DNA of 64,000 nt from Entomortierella parvispora E1425 (lineage: Eukaryota; Fungi; Mortierellomycota), in the NCBI GenBank assembly GCA_020891255.1, contig BQFW01000002.1:2914001-2978000 (forward strand), given 5' to 3'. Made by a program: the position numbers and the translations under genes. The notes under the pieces were generated by a model. It saw only the letters and a program-made list of their open reading frames with translations, ran no database searches and was not told the origin of the DNA. Below are positions 46,064-58,567 of this stretch, in pieces. Every line of letters starts with the position of its first letter. The first letter of the stretch is position 1.

Positions 46064-48262
46064 TCATTGGAGAACCCTCTCTTCCATGACCCCAAAGGCT
46101 CCAAACAACCGGACCTTGCGCTCTGTCCAGCAGGGTGGCATCACCATCATCTTCATCATCCAACGAAGTTTGATCTGGCTGTCCATTCTCGACATGGTTT
46201 CCAAACTCGGCCAGCCATCTTCCCCCATGGCCCCTTCGCCCTCTTCCTTTGCCTTCAGGGCTTCGTCGTCTCTGTTGCCAGCTTTAACCTCGTTGTCATC
46301 ATGGCCGTCGCCGCCTCCGAGAGCGACAGGGTAAAGACCTATAGTACCCGGCTCCATTTTGACGCCCTCCATAGGCTCATACCCATTGCTTGAATAAAGA
46401 CAAGAGCTCGAGGGAGCTGTTGTTGCAGGTCGCGCCAAAGATGAAGATGATGTGAGAAGAAGACCCTTCTTTTGCAACGTCGACTGCCACAACTTCTCCA
46501 CCATTCGATAAGGATGTGACTTGCGCTGTCTCTGAATCCGACGTCCACTACCACTAGCACCACCACCACCTCCTCCTCCTCCTCCTCCAGTCGACGGGGC
46601 AGCACCAGGCCTATCCAGCATGGCCAGGGAGGCAGCGACAGACGAGGAAGGATTGGTACCTGAACAAGAGGTCAACACTGGCAACATGGCATTCAACAGA
46701 TCCCATTTCCGCTTCTTGTTCTTGATATGCAAGATGACCGTGTCCCTCCTTGCAAAGGCCTTGTTACAACCGACACACTCTGGCTTCTTGATATCGGGGT
46801 CCGATCCGGGGCTGTACCCGGTCCCTTGGATCGGCAGAGAGGCAGAAAAGCCAGAACCAAGCGGGCCAGGGTTATCACTCTCACGATTGAAAGGGACCAG
46901 GGCCGAGGACGGACTTGCAGAGGGAGAATTGGAACGGTGGGACGGTGGATGGACTGAGAGCAGGTGCCGAGCAGCTCTAGAGACAGGACTGATGCCACCA
47001 AGACCCTGACTGACCGATTTTAGCAAGGACAAGGATCGGTTCGTGGAATTGGCATAGGCATGGATCTTGAGATGGCGTCGAAGCGTCGAATTGTTGGCGT
47101 ATCGCTTCTTGCAGACTTGACACGTCAGCGTTAAAGAGCATGGCGTGACGGAGGAGGACAACGACAATGACAAAGAGGAGGGAGAGGAAGATCCTGGGAG
47201 ATGCCCCTGAGAGGTGGGGACAAAAGCAGTAGCAGTCGCCTCAGCGACGGGGTGGGGACTCTTGAGCGATAGAGCAGAAGACTGACGGCGTGTCAGAATC
47301 GAGGAGGCTCGGGGTGCAAGCGCCGACTTGTGAGTGATGGGCGCTTCTAACGTCCCTGCTAGCGTTGAGGATGATAGGCGGTTATAGGACGAGTTGGAAG
47401 GAATAAAGCGAGGGGAGGAAACGGATGTGTAAGGTTGTTGAGGTGGTGGATACGAGAATTCAAAGCAATTGGCTTCTGCAGACAGATAGGGCGTGAATAT
47501 CGTCTTTGGATCGGTTTGGCCTGATGCAGCCTCGACAGAAAAATGAAGTATAGGAGGTGAGGAGCCAACACCAGAGAGGGTGGAAGAAGAGGCAGAAGAC
47601 ATGGACGTTGATGATGAAGAGGAGGACAAGGATGGAGATACTACGGCTTGGTGGTAGAGCTGAGTCCAAGGGTTGATCAGCGCCGAAAGAGGATCAAGCC
47701 CCTGTTGGAATGGCCTCTCTTCCAATTTTGGATATGTCTGTGGCAGCAGCGGAGAGTAAGAACTTTGTTGGAGTGGATGGTCCATGATCAAGTCATTATT
47801 GGCCGATTGTGGAGGAATTGCTGTAGACGACCAGGGCGAGAAGCTGTCTTCAATTACCGAGGGCGAAGTCGTGATGACTGTTGGCGGTGGCAGGTTGGTG
47901 AATGAGTGACGTTCGTGGGAAGCATTCAGTGTATACCAAAAGGTTGGCTCTGCGCTTTGGTGTGATTGTTCGCGTTCGGTTAGCCCCATGGATCCAGTTG
48001 GAGTAAAAATTGCGCCAGTGTGCATGAAGGAGTGGACGGGATGGATAATGTGTGGCGAACGGTCAACCCCCGAGAACGAAGACACGTCGCCTGTGTGCTG
48101 TGCTGTGTGGACATTGTCGTGAGGTAAAGGGCTAATATGGTGCGTCTGAACAACACGGGTGGCGGTAGAGACATGGGAAGGGCAGGAAGGACCCGGCAAG
48201 AAATGAGATTCCGACGAGTCGAATGGTCTGCAGGATTGGATCCATTGCTGAACGGACGCCAT
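46064..48262 (-). CDS. C2H2 zinc-finger transcription factor (one canonical and one degenerate finger), single exon
   Basis: 732-aa ATG-initiated ORF with CQVCKKRYANNSTLRRHLKIH and CVGCNKAFARRDTVILHIKNK. Confidence 0.82.
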   Translation of the reverse strand: MASVQQWIQSCRPFDSSESHFLPGPSCPSHVSTATRVVQTHHISPLPHDNVHTAQHTGDVSSFSGVDRSPHIIHPVHSFMHTGAIFTPTGSMGLTEREQSHQSAEPTFWYTLNASHERHSFTNLPPPTVITTSPSVIEDSFSPWSSTAIPPQSANNDLIMDHPLQQSSYSPLLPQTYPKLEERPFQQGLDPLSALINPWTQLYHQAVVSPSLSSSSSSTSMSSASSSTLSGVGSSPPILHFSVEAASGQTDPKTIFTPYLSAEANCFEFSYPPPQQPYTSVSSPRFIPSNSSYNRLSSSTLAGTLEAPITHKSALAPRASSILTRRQSSALSLKSPHPVAEATATAFVPTSQGHLPGSSSPSSLSLSLSSSVTPCSLTLTCQVCKKRYANNSTLRRHLKIHAYANSTNRSLSLLKSVSQGLGGISPVSRAARHLLSVHPPSHRSNSPSASPSSALVPFNRESDNPGPLGSGFSASLPIQGTGYSPGSDPDIKKPECVGCNKAFARRDTVILHIKNKKRKWDLLNAMLPVLTSCSGTNPSSSVAASLAMLDRPGAAPSTGGGGGGGGGGASGSGRRIQRQRKSHPYRMVEKLWQSTLQKKGLLLTSSSSLARPATTAPSSSCLYSSNGYEPMEGVKMEPGTIGLYPVALGGGDGHDDNEVKAGNRDDEALKAKEEGEGAMGEDGWPSLETMSRMDSQIKLRWMMKMMVMPPCWTERKVRLFGAFGVMEERVLQ

Positions 48263-50122
48263 TTTTTTTCTATGGACGTTGTGCGCGTGATGGTTCTGCG
48301 GATAGAGGAGTGGCTACAAAATTGTATTATGGAAGCGGGGCAAGGATGAACAAGGTGGAACATGTAACTGGGAAGAATGCACGACAAAGACGGAGAGAGT
48401 AAAAAGAGAAAGATCCAACTGTGGCTACCTTTATACGAAGACACCGCTATTCACAATGAAAATACAAAAGGGAGAATGGTACGCGCGATTGCACAGTGAC
48501 CAAACCAGCCACTGTTTTTGTTATCGCGACTGCAATTGATGGTTGCCACTCTCAAGAGAGCAACAACAGTAGTTTTTCTTGACATATTGTTGATTGGAGT
48601 CTTGGCTCTGTGTTGAACGATGGGCAGTTTGCACCTAAATAAATAGCTTCCTGTCATCTGCATGCCTTCAGTGTTTGTATTTACTGCAGGGCAACGTTTC
48701 ATCGTTCCAGGAGAAAAGTAGCTGAACAGGGAAACAATGGCAAAAAGATCAACAGCGCAGCTTTCAACTGCTTATGACCACTCTGGAATGTGAAGTACAC
48801 AAAGAACTTTTTCAAGCGTCTTTTCTCCACCAATAGGTAGAATAGAGAAAAACACTCTGTGGGCTTGCAGATGAGGGAGGAGTGCGTGGCGAGAGCCGAG
48901 AGCTTCGAGGAACTAAGGCGCCAATAGCGTCTCTGAATAAATACATGGTTCAAACTCTCGCTTGAACAGCTCGACAAAAAATAAACATCCCAAGGCCACC
49001 CTCTATCGACCACAATGCAGGAGGTGCTCGCTAGGGCGTGTCATTCCGTCGATTCGCGACCAGCTCTACCCGACCAGTCTTGGTCATACAGGCCCGTCAG
49101 GCTGCATGACCACGTTGGTTTATTTCTCAAAGCATTTTAGAGGGTGAACGAGCCTCCCTTCGGGCAAATTCCGATTTGATGATCAGCAGCTGCACAGGCA
49201 CATTGAATGTGGAGAGATAGACCTGTCCAAGAATGAAAGACAGAGTTGGGTCGCAGAACTCGAGAGCACGATATCAGTGGAGAGGTACCTGCATAGAGAC
49301 AGCAATCCATTGCCTATGTTGGGTGCAAAAGGCGGAGGCAAAGTCCGCGCGCTTGCCCCATCTTGTAAAAACTGAAAGACATTCCGTTTCGGGCAAGCAT
49401 ATTTCATCCCTTTCAAAAGCGCACAGACTATCCGCGCCACTCTCGTGTTCTCTTGCCCTCGGTCAGGCAGAAAAATTACTTCCACAATCATTTCGGTGTC
49501 GCGACGCCACCAATAGTTCGCTCTAAATGATGCCGAGCCTAGAACGAGGAAGGCTCCACACCTAGCTCAGACGAGATCTATTGGCGCCATTAGACAAGAA
49601 CATTGGGAGATGCTGCCATCCTAGTAGACGAAGGCAAACAATTATCATCAAGATTCATCACAAAGAGTATTTTTTTTTATTTGGAGTTCAAATATTTTGT
49701 ACAGAAAAGGGATCGGATGGAATAAAAATAGCCAGTTGCAAAAACTTGCGTTGTGGCCAAATTGGGGGTTTTGAATGAAATGTGGAATGGGGGGAAAATG
49801 CAACAACAGAATAGAACGGATAGGGGAATCAATAACGGTACAGACAAAAGGAAGGAAGGAAGAACTGCAAAAAAAGCAAATAGAACGAAAGAAACTAAAA
49901 AAATATCGGATATCGTGGAGAGAGCGTACTTGACAAGAGCAAGTCTTGGTATAACGAATGTCAGTGAACGCAAAGACTGAGTCGACATTGAGAAAAGAAG
50001 AAAAAAGTATGAAAAGAAAAAAAATGAAAGCCGAGCGTGAGGTTGACTAGGCCTTTAAATTTGACAGCTCAGCAGAACGCGTGCCGAACGCCAGATGACA
50101 GGGAAGAGTGACCATCGTAGCC

Positions 50123-53100
50123 TCAAGTCGACACCGCACCTAGATCGATTAAACCTGTTCAGAAAAGAAAGGGGAAAAAAAAGAGTGAGAATGAAGGACA
50201 TACTCCACTTATATTGCAGGCATGAGTTACAGATGTCTGGTGACTTACCATCCAGGTCGAACTCATCTCCAGGAGCGGTTTGGTACCAATCTTCTACATC
50301 CGTCGTCGTCGCTCGTTTCGAATGTTTGCTCATGCAGGCATCAGGGCCATAGTCATTCCCGAAGGGATCCATTGCCCAATGCTCAACGTGGTCGACATCG
50401 TGACGGAGATCAATTGGAGTTCGGTATCTATTGGATATTTGCAATAGACGTTAATAATCAAACAAACCGTCTCACATCATGTAAGCAAATGTGAAAAGAT
50501 CTTTACCCTTCCGAGTCAAGTGTGTCTTCAGAGGTAAGAGTCAGGTCCGGACTAGTGTCGAGGCCTGTCGAATAACCCTGCTCGAAGAGAGACTGGGATG
50601 CATATTGAGACGACTGGGAGTCGGAGAAGGTCAAGTCGCCGTCGGAGCATAGCTCCAGGCCCATTGATGGAGGGTGACCTCCTTCAGAGAGAAGGCTCTC
50701 GAAATCCTCAATTCCAAGGTCACTTGAAAGCAGAGGCGCCATCATGTCCATTTGATCGGTTTGACTTGAAGATCCATCAAGCATAAGAGCTGGGGCGCGT
50801 GGCTTCTTGAAAATGGCGCGTGCACTTGTCCCTCCGTACAGAGAGTGCATGTATTCGACATCGAATCCGAGTTCACTTGATGGATCCAATGCTTCCTGAT
50901 CCCAGTCGTGGTTCAGAACAACTTGAGGAGAAACTGCGCTCTCATACCTAGACTCGTCGTGCTCCTCGTTTTCCTCTTCCGTGATCAAAGAGTCCTCTCG
51001 TCTAAACTCCTGCTCGCTCTCCAAAAGTGGTGACTGCTGTGGTGATTGTAAACGATCATCGCGTTTCTCAATACCGCATTCAGAGTCTGACGTAGCTGAA
51101 AGGCTTAGGCTTCGGAATTCCCGGCTGTCCTTGCGCTGACGCGACTTGCGCCTAGAGATCTTGGAGGGAATGTGCCTGAAAGATTTGCCCCCGGTGCTTG
51201 GCGTGGGAAGTCCAAGACAGGTAGGACAAAAGTACTCCTCTGGGACCTCATCCTCAGTGAGATCCAGACACTCCAGATGCAGCCACACCTCGCATTTGTC
51301 ACATTGCACCATAGCTCCCTCATCGTCCTTGGTGCCACAGACACACATGATAACGCCCTCCTCATCTTCGACGTCATCCTCAGCATCTTCAGAATTCTCG
51401 CTTTCACTGACAGCGTTGGGAACAAGCGGCGCTTTTGCAGTCTTTGTCGAGTCTGGGCTTCGCGCTTCACGTTGGTCCTCCGTTTCAGAAGCGGTCGAAT
51501 CGCCATCAGAGTCGTTGGAGATGGATGTTTGCTATCAAGGTGGTTCAAATGGTTAGTGGTGCTGCCGCAGGTCCTGATGTCTACCCAATTCTCGCTACAG
51601 CAGGTCACTTACACGTCTGGCCATGGAGCATTGAGACAAGTGATTCGCCAAGCCAGAACGGTTCTTGAACGTCTTGCGACAAAAGTTGCATCCAACATGG
51701 CTACTGATCCTGTCCATCGCCTCTTCCATTGCCGTTGTCCATCGACCACTATTGCGCTCCGCAGCCATCGCCGGGAAACTCTTAAACGAGAGACCGCCCA
51801 AGATCACCTGAGATGAGACATCCCAGTTCTCGCGTGGTGGCGGAAGATTCAGACGGGCATAGGCTTCAGACACCATAGTTCTGCGTTGCTCAATCCGAAG
51901 CTCCTCGGCTTCCTTTCGAGATGGTCTTGAGAACAGCCCCTTTCCATTCCCAATAACAGAACCCCATCCAAGCAAGAGTGAGTCGTCTGTGGACGGCAGG
52001 GTCTCCCTCTGAAGACGGTTTGAGTCCATGGCTGAGGCACCGCGCACAGTCATCAATCCCTGCTTAAGGTTCTGTCGGAGCATCGCCTTTAGCTGTGGAA
52101 TGTTTGCAATGGAATTGGCGGACCCTGCAGGCGTCATGATATCCCGACAGGTCTGGAACAGACGTGGTGAAAAAGTTCTGCGGAAGAAAGGCTGGGACTC
52201 TACTGCCTTGGCAATTGAGGGTGCCGAAGGCGAAGCTCGGCGCAATGGCTTGGTTCGACTGGCACGAGAATCTCTACGCGCCCGGTGGCTACGATTGGCA
52301 ACAAAACCGCGTGTTATCGGGAAAATGGGCTTGAGGAAGAGGCTATCATCATTATTTTGCAGCGACTCGGCAACAGCAAATGGCTCAATGACAACAGTAC
52401 TGACTCTGTTAAAGTCTGTCGAAAGCTCGGGGTTGTTGGGAGCTGCCACATCCTTTGCTAAGCCAGAAAGAACTGCACTAATGACAACATCCAAAGGTGG
52501 CTCTGTATTGGAGGTCGAGTCTGGCACTCCCTTCGCTAATAGGGGATTCACGGACGAGGCCTGTTCAATTTGTCCAGCGTCATCATCTGAAGAAAAGCAT
52601 CGTTCGTCTTGCTCTGCTTTGTCCTGGTTGAGAATGCGGTCCATCAATGAGCGAGGAGGCTGAGGGAGCTGCAAGCCGATTCCCAGGGCCACCTCGGCGG
52701 TGAGTACAGTGGCGTTCAATGAGCCGCCGTCGTCTTCCTTGGACGTCGATGATTGCGTGTTTGAGACCGAAGAGGATACTTGTGTAGCAGTGTCTGCTTT
52801 CTTGTCCACGTTCTGGTGGGTCAAAGGGGTCTTTCGGGGACGACCAGGTCCTCGCCGTGGCGCCGAGCTCAGCCTCAAAGGAGGGGGAGGCACCAGTACC
52901 CCTGCCGAACTGGTGGCAATCGAATTCTGAGGCTCCTCGTCTGAATCGTCCTCTGGGCTGGTGAGAGTGGTATCACTACCAAAAATTTCACCTTCAATGG
53001 ATGACAGCTTCTTGACGACGACTTCGGGTCGTGATGTAGCTACGGGTATTGTGGGTGAGAGTGGCTGACCCTGCTTGTGGGCGATAGACTCTTGAGAGGA

Positions 53101-53613
53101 TGGTACCTGGTCGGGGCTATCTTCATCTTCGTCATCTGCATCTTCACCATCCGAGCTCGCCTTGGGTGACTGAGAGACTCGTCTCCAGCTGGATAGCGTC
53201 GACTGAGCTTTGGGGAGGACCGATGAAGGCTCCTGGGTCGTTGAAAGATTCAGGTACGAGGATTTGTCCGAGAGGGTGCGGTGCAAGGGAGGAATCCGAA
53301 GAGCGGAGACGACGCTCAAGGTTGGGGGACTGGACTGAGTCTCATCGATGCGAATCTTGTGTTTCTTTGTCGTGCTCTGGTCGCCCGGACTAACTTCATT
53401 ATCGACTAACAGCCTCTTGCGGATCTTTGTGGACTGTTTTTGAATAGGGAGATGTGCGAGACTCACTGTCGGAGAGAGAGAACCTTGAGATATCTCGACG
53501 TTTTCTTTTAGAACCTTGCTCTTCCGAGCCACTGACTTTCTAGGGGCTTTGATTTCAGAGCTGGAGGGCGACTCTGAGAGAACAATTGCACGGGCTGGGA
53601 CTTGAGAAAACAT
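50123..53613 (-). CDS. Chromatin protein with AT-hook, C2HC/C2H2-type zinc finger and PHD finger; exons 53613-51613, 51531-50507, 50427-50249, 50139-50123
   Basis: AT-hook RRGPGRPRK (about 52831-52860); CNFCRKTFKNRSGLANHLSQC; PHD CVCG...MVQCDKCEVWLHLEC...YFCPTC (51345-51217). GT-AG introns keep the frame. Confidence 0.85.
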
Positions 53614-55419
53614 GGCGAAAGCTGGGTAGGGCAATCGTTATCGTCCTCTGCCACCAATCAAGGTATCGCGGAAAGAAAGCGATTGGGTGGGTAGCTGGAA
53701 AGTGACAATGCGGCGATAGGATGTCTTTGCTTGGTTAATAACGAAAAGGAAAAAAGAAATCCTGCGAGGGAGGTTGAACAGGGGTTGATCGAAGTGTACC
53801 TTCAAGAACAGAGACAGAGGTGCCTTTCAGCCGACCTATTCTCAGTGGAATTTTACAGTTGTGGGTGTCCCTCTATGTGAGGAGTAGGCGTGTTGATGTG
53901 ATTAGCAAGAGGCAGGGTAGAGCCATTGTCATTCGCGTTATACACGAAGGATGGTAGGTTGGCGAGCTGGTGAAGATGTCAGACCTGGTGATGGACTGCA
54001 AACAAATGAATTGATGGTCGTGATGCAGGAATGAACAACAGGGATAGATGGGGGATGAACAGGGTCCCAAGTCTCGATGCAAGAGAGACACAGAGAGCAG
54101 TGAGTTGACGAGATAGAGAAAGAAAGAGTGAGGCTACGCTAGGGCAGCGCGGGGTCAGAAGGAAAAAAAAGAATAGAACCTCCAACCAACTGTCTGGCCA
54201 GTTCTGAGTGCTCAGACAAAAAGTGTAGGAAACAAAGGAAAGCCAGGGGCGGAAACTTTGCGAGATGCCTCAAGCCACAAGTTGGCAAGTTGTGTCGGGT
54301 GGTTGTTTGTTCACAGTATTCGGCAAAGGAGACGATCTCCTGTAGAGTAGGATGTATGAAGGATAGCGGCCTGTGCTTACCGATGATGGCCGCCTTCTTG
54401 AACAGGCGAGGACAGGTTGCCTGTTGTTGCGTTAGGTAGACTAGTATGGAGTAAAGGAGGGCTGTCAGGAACCTGTGGGTACAGCTTCTCGCACGAAAGA
54501 TCAAACGCTGGTGTTGTCTCTGGAGCAACTACGTGAAGACGAGTACAGTGCGGTTCTGGGCCTCGTCAACAAACCAACATGAAAAAAAATGGCTAATGAA
54601 AAACGAACGAGGGGCTGTCTGGCGGAGCAAGTTTGACTGCTCCAAGGACAGTGATGGGCGGTGGAGATTGGAGGAGAGCAATGAAAATGGACAACGCTTG
54701 GACACGCAAGGTTGCGTCCAGTGGCACGTTTTGAGTGGCGGGAACGAGGTGATTGTTGTTGAGCCATTCACAAAACAACAGACCCTATCGCATAAGCAGC
54801 GATCACCGTTTCCACTTTCTTCAAGAACGACGTTCATTGCCTTTCGAGAATGGGGAGGGGGAGGCAAGTTACCCTGCTTTGCCACTTGCTCTCACAGGAG
54901 AAAGGAACAGGAGTGAACCTCACCTACCACAATAGCCAAGATCAAGAACAAAAAGACGAGTAAAGGGATTGATGATAATGAATGCTGATGATGATGGTGA
55001 AAGGGAACAAAAAGATCAGAGAGCGCCCAACCACGCTTTAAAAAAAATGTTTTTTTTTTTTCCTTTCCTTCCTTTCCGTAAGGAGGGAGCTTGAAAAAGA
55101 CCAAGGAAATGGTGGCAAAGTGAAAAAAAAAATGACAACAAACAGGCGCTCACATCCCTCCAATCTGTTGCCGCCGTTGCTATTGTTGTTGATGATGATG
55201 CAACGGCCTCCTGCAGTGGCTGCAGTGGGACTCGATTCGTCTAGCACTGTCATACATCTTTTCTCAAGCGGTGACTTCAGGAAGCCCAGAGCCGTGGATC
55301 GAAAAAAATACTCTGCTCCCACTCGAAAGGTTCAAAGGAAAAAAGGAGTTTTGTACGAGATTCCATTTCTGCTGCTGATTGTGGTGGGGTGAAGAGGGGG
55401 GAGAGGGGAGGAGGGAGAA

Positions 55420-55460
55420 GGAGGAGGAGGAGGAGGAGGAGGAGGAGGAGGAGGAGGAGG
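55420..55460. repeat. (GGA)13 microsatellite
   Basis: Directly visible. Confidence 0.95.
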
Positions 55461-57237
55461 GAGGAAGGCCTACCTGAAGGTGGTGGCCGAGGCAGTAACG
55501 GTGCAGCGACGACAGAGAGAAAAGTCTGACTGGGACGGGTCTCGGGCTTGCAGTTGCCTGGACTGACGAGAAGCAAAGGACGGGAGACTGGATTGTGGCG
55601 ATGCACGCGCGAATGAGCACGGGTAGAGATGGCAGGCTGTTGAAGGATGCAAGAATGCAACCAGAGGCGAGGAATGATGAAGGAGAGGGAACAGTTCGCA
55701 GGGATGAATGCTAGAAATGGGGGGAACGGAAAGGAGAAAGAGGACGAGAGACTACGGACTCGCACAGACAGGGAGAGGAGAGGGAGAGGGAAACAAAAGA
55801 GACGGTCTTCGTACACGGAAAAAAGAGTTTTTCACTCGTTCTTGAGTCCTCCGTGTACGGCGTGTGAGGGAGTCTGCCAGCCACCCTGTTGTTCGGAGAC
55901 TTGTCTTGTCGATTCTCAGAATGGACTGGACTCCCTGCATTCTGTGCTTCCCTGCACCTCACCGCTCTTTAACAACAGCAAACCAACACCCGACACTCAG
56001 ATCGTCTGCGGGTCATATCCTGGACCCTGGTTGCAGGTTGTCCGTCTGTCTGTCGGGGGGCGGGCTTGAGCGGTGTTGGCGGACAAAAGAGAGAAGGGCT
56101 CGGTGCGCCTTTGCTTCAAAACAAAAACCTTGCCAAAAGGAAGAAAGGAGCCAGTGCTCCGTCTTGTCTTGTGGCCCATTCTCTCCACCTTGCGGCCTAG
56201 GGGCATTGTCCACCAGATCAGATTGATCGCCCTGTAGATCGATCGACATTTGGATGGAATGGCCAAGGTTGGGAAGATCTTTGGACTGGGATCGAAACTT
56301 GTGCAGGCATACCATAGTTACGTAAATACGCTATTTTTTTTTGTCGGCGATTACACTGTTTCTCTTTCATGTACAGGGCAACACATCAATAGTTTCTTTG
56401 AGCAATTGACAAGGGGCGAGGATGACAACCGAGTTCACCCTTACCCCTCCTATTTCTTGTCCCTGCGTCCTTGGTCCTGTCGTCCATCCCAATCTGTCCC
56501 CTCGCAAACAGAGCCGATGAGGCTGGAGAACTTTTGTTATTCAGGGACGCGGGTGTTGAAAAAAAAGAACGCGTCTTTTGCAGCCACACCGGGAAACATC
56601 ATTTGCGAATCTACACCCTTAAAACGAACCCAGTATTGTACGTGTAAATGCTATACGTACAGAGCTGATTGCCACGGGAATGACCGGGTCTGCGATCTGT
56701 TCACAGTAGGCAAACTAGGGTATCGGGAAAGACATGGTAACTTCCTGGGTACAACCATTTGGGCCGCAGAAGTGCACTTGCTTCCAGAGCGCGAAGAGCC
56801 TGGGACCTGGCGTAGGCACTACACTAGGGGCCTAGTCAACGCTAGTAGGCCCCAGGCATCGTGCAATGACCTCATGAACTCAAATTAGACCCGTCCAACC
56901 CACAAAGTCAGTAGAGTAGCACGGGCGAGGCGGGAGGACACGGGCGACCCAATCCTCTCTAGAACAGCTCAAAAGGAAAGAATACAAAGAAAAAAGAGCC
57001 GTTTTTGAGCTCGCCTTGGGGCACAAAGGAGCGACAAATGACTGGCAGAACAAAAAAACACAGAGGGTGGGAAAAATATGGGCTATTTCCTGAAAGAGAT
57101 ACTTTGGGCATTGTAATTTGTTCCAGAGTCAACTTTTTTTTTTTCGTTTATTTAGCTGTACCTGTTGCCTGTTGCATCTCTTCTCATCTCTCCTCCCCAT
57201 CTCATCACTCTTTTTCCTCTCCACTCCTCCATTCACC

Positions 57238-58567
57238 ATGTCTGTGCAAAACAAGTTCCTCAAGCAAAAGTCGGTCGGCGTCATTGGCGTTCCATTCTCT
57301 GGTGGTCAGGTAAATGACACGGATCTCCTCGTTGACTCAAGTGTTGCCCGCGCAGCTGGTCCCGTCTTTGTCCAGGAACAGGCATCCTTCTCTCCTAACA
57401 CTATGGTTCATTTCTCCTCTAATAGCCCAGAGATGGTGTTGACCAGGGTCCCCTCAAGATCATCGAGTTTGGTCTCTTGGATCAGTTGAAGGAGCTCGAC
57501 TGGCAGGTCAAGTTTGACGGCCACCGCGACTACTCCTTGATGCAGCCTGCCTCTGACCCCCCAGTTGGCAAGCTCCTCAACGCTCGCTATGTCTCGGCCG
57601 TCACCGAGTCTGTCGCTTCCTCTGTGTCTGCGCATCTCAAGGAGGGCTCCTTGGCGTTGACTCTTGGTGGTGATCACTCGATTGCCCTTGGAACCGTGTC
57701 TGGAACCATGGCTGTTCACCCCGACGCTGGTTTGATCTGGGTTGATGCCCATGCTGTAAGTAGAGTCAACCATTGTTTGATCCCATGGTCTCACAACATT
57801 GGCTCACAGATGCTGCGGTCGTCGTGTGCTTGTGTCTATGTCCATGTCAGAGTCTGTGTTCCATTAGGATACACGTGCACAATGCAGGATCGACGCACTA
57901 TCAATCCACTAACCCACTTGATCCCCTTCACGCTTCCCTGCTGATTAGGATATCAACACTCCCGAGACCACCGAGAGCGGAAACATTCACGGATGCCCCG
58001 TCTCATTCTTGCTCGGAATTGCTGGCCAGCTCAAGGAGTTTGGCTGGGTTAAGCCCTGCCTCACCCCCGACCGTCTTGTCTACATTGGTCTCCGTGATGT
58101 TGATGCTGGCGAGAAGAAAATTCTTCGCGAGCACGGTATCAAGGCCTTCTCCATGCACGAGGTCGACAAGTACGGCATTTCCAAGGTTGTTGAGATGGCC
58201 ATTGAGCACGTCTCCCCCAACCGATCCCGCCCCATCCACTTGAGCTTTGATGTCGATGCCCTCGACCCCACCGTGGCCCCTTCCACTGGTAAGAAATCAA
58301 TGACGTGATGGGTTTATTTTTGGTTTCTTTTTTTGGTGGCGTATTTACTAAATAATGATCGTCGCTTCTTTAGGTACCCCTGTCCGTGGCGGTTTGACTT
58401 TCCGTGAGGGTCACTATATCTGCGAGGCCATCCACGAGACCGGTTGCCTGGTCTCCATGGACTTGATGGAGGTCAACCCCTCGCTCGAGGATGACCAGGC
58501 TGTCTTCCAGACCGTCACCATCGGCTGCTCTTTGGTCCGCTGTGCCATGGGCGAGACTCTGCTCTAA
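57238..58567 (+). CDS. CAR1: Arginase; exons 57238-57309, 57426-57755, 57949-58288, 58374-58567
   Basis: GVPFSGGQ, LGGDHSIALGT, WVDAHADINT, GNIHGCP, YIGLRDVD, SFDVDALDP, TGTPVRGGLTFREG and EVNP are all ureohydrolase/arginase signatures. Confidence 0.97.

Noticed and set aside
54139-54528. Minus-strand ORF resembling the PCGF/BMI1 RING region (CTHRF...ILVYL...CP...RPL..I..TLQEIV)
   Set aside because: At least five of the eight RING ligands are absent, there is no ATG-led gene model, and the stretch overlaps splice-like signals of a probable UTR. Treated as coincidence unless a profile search says otherwise.
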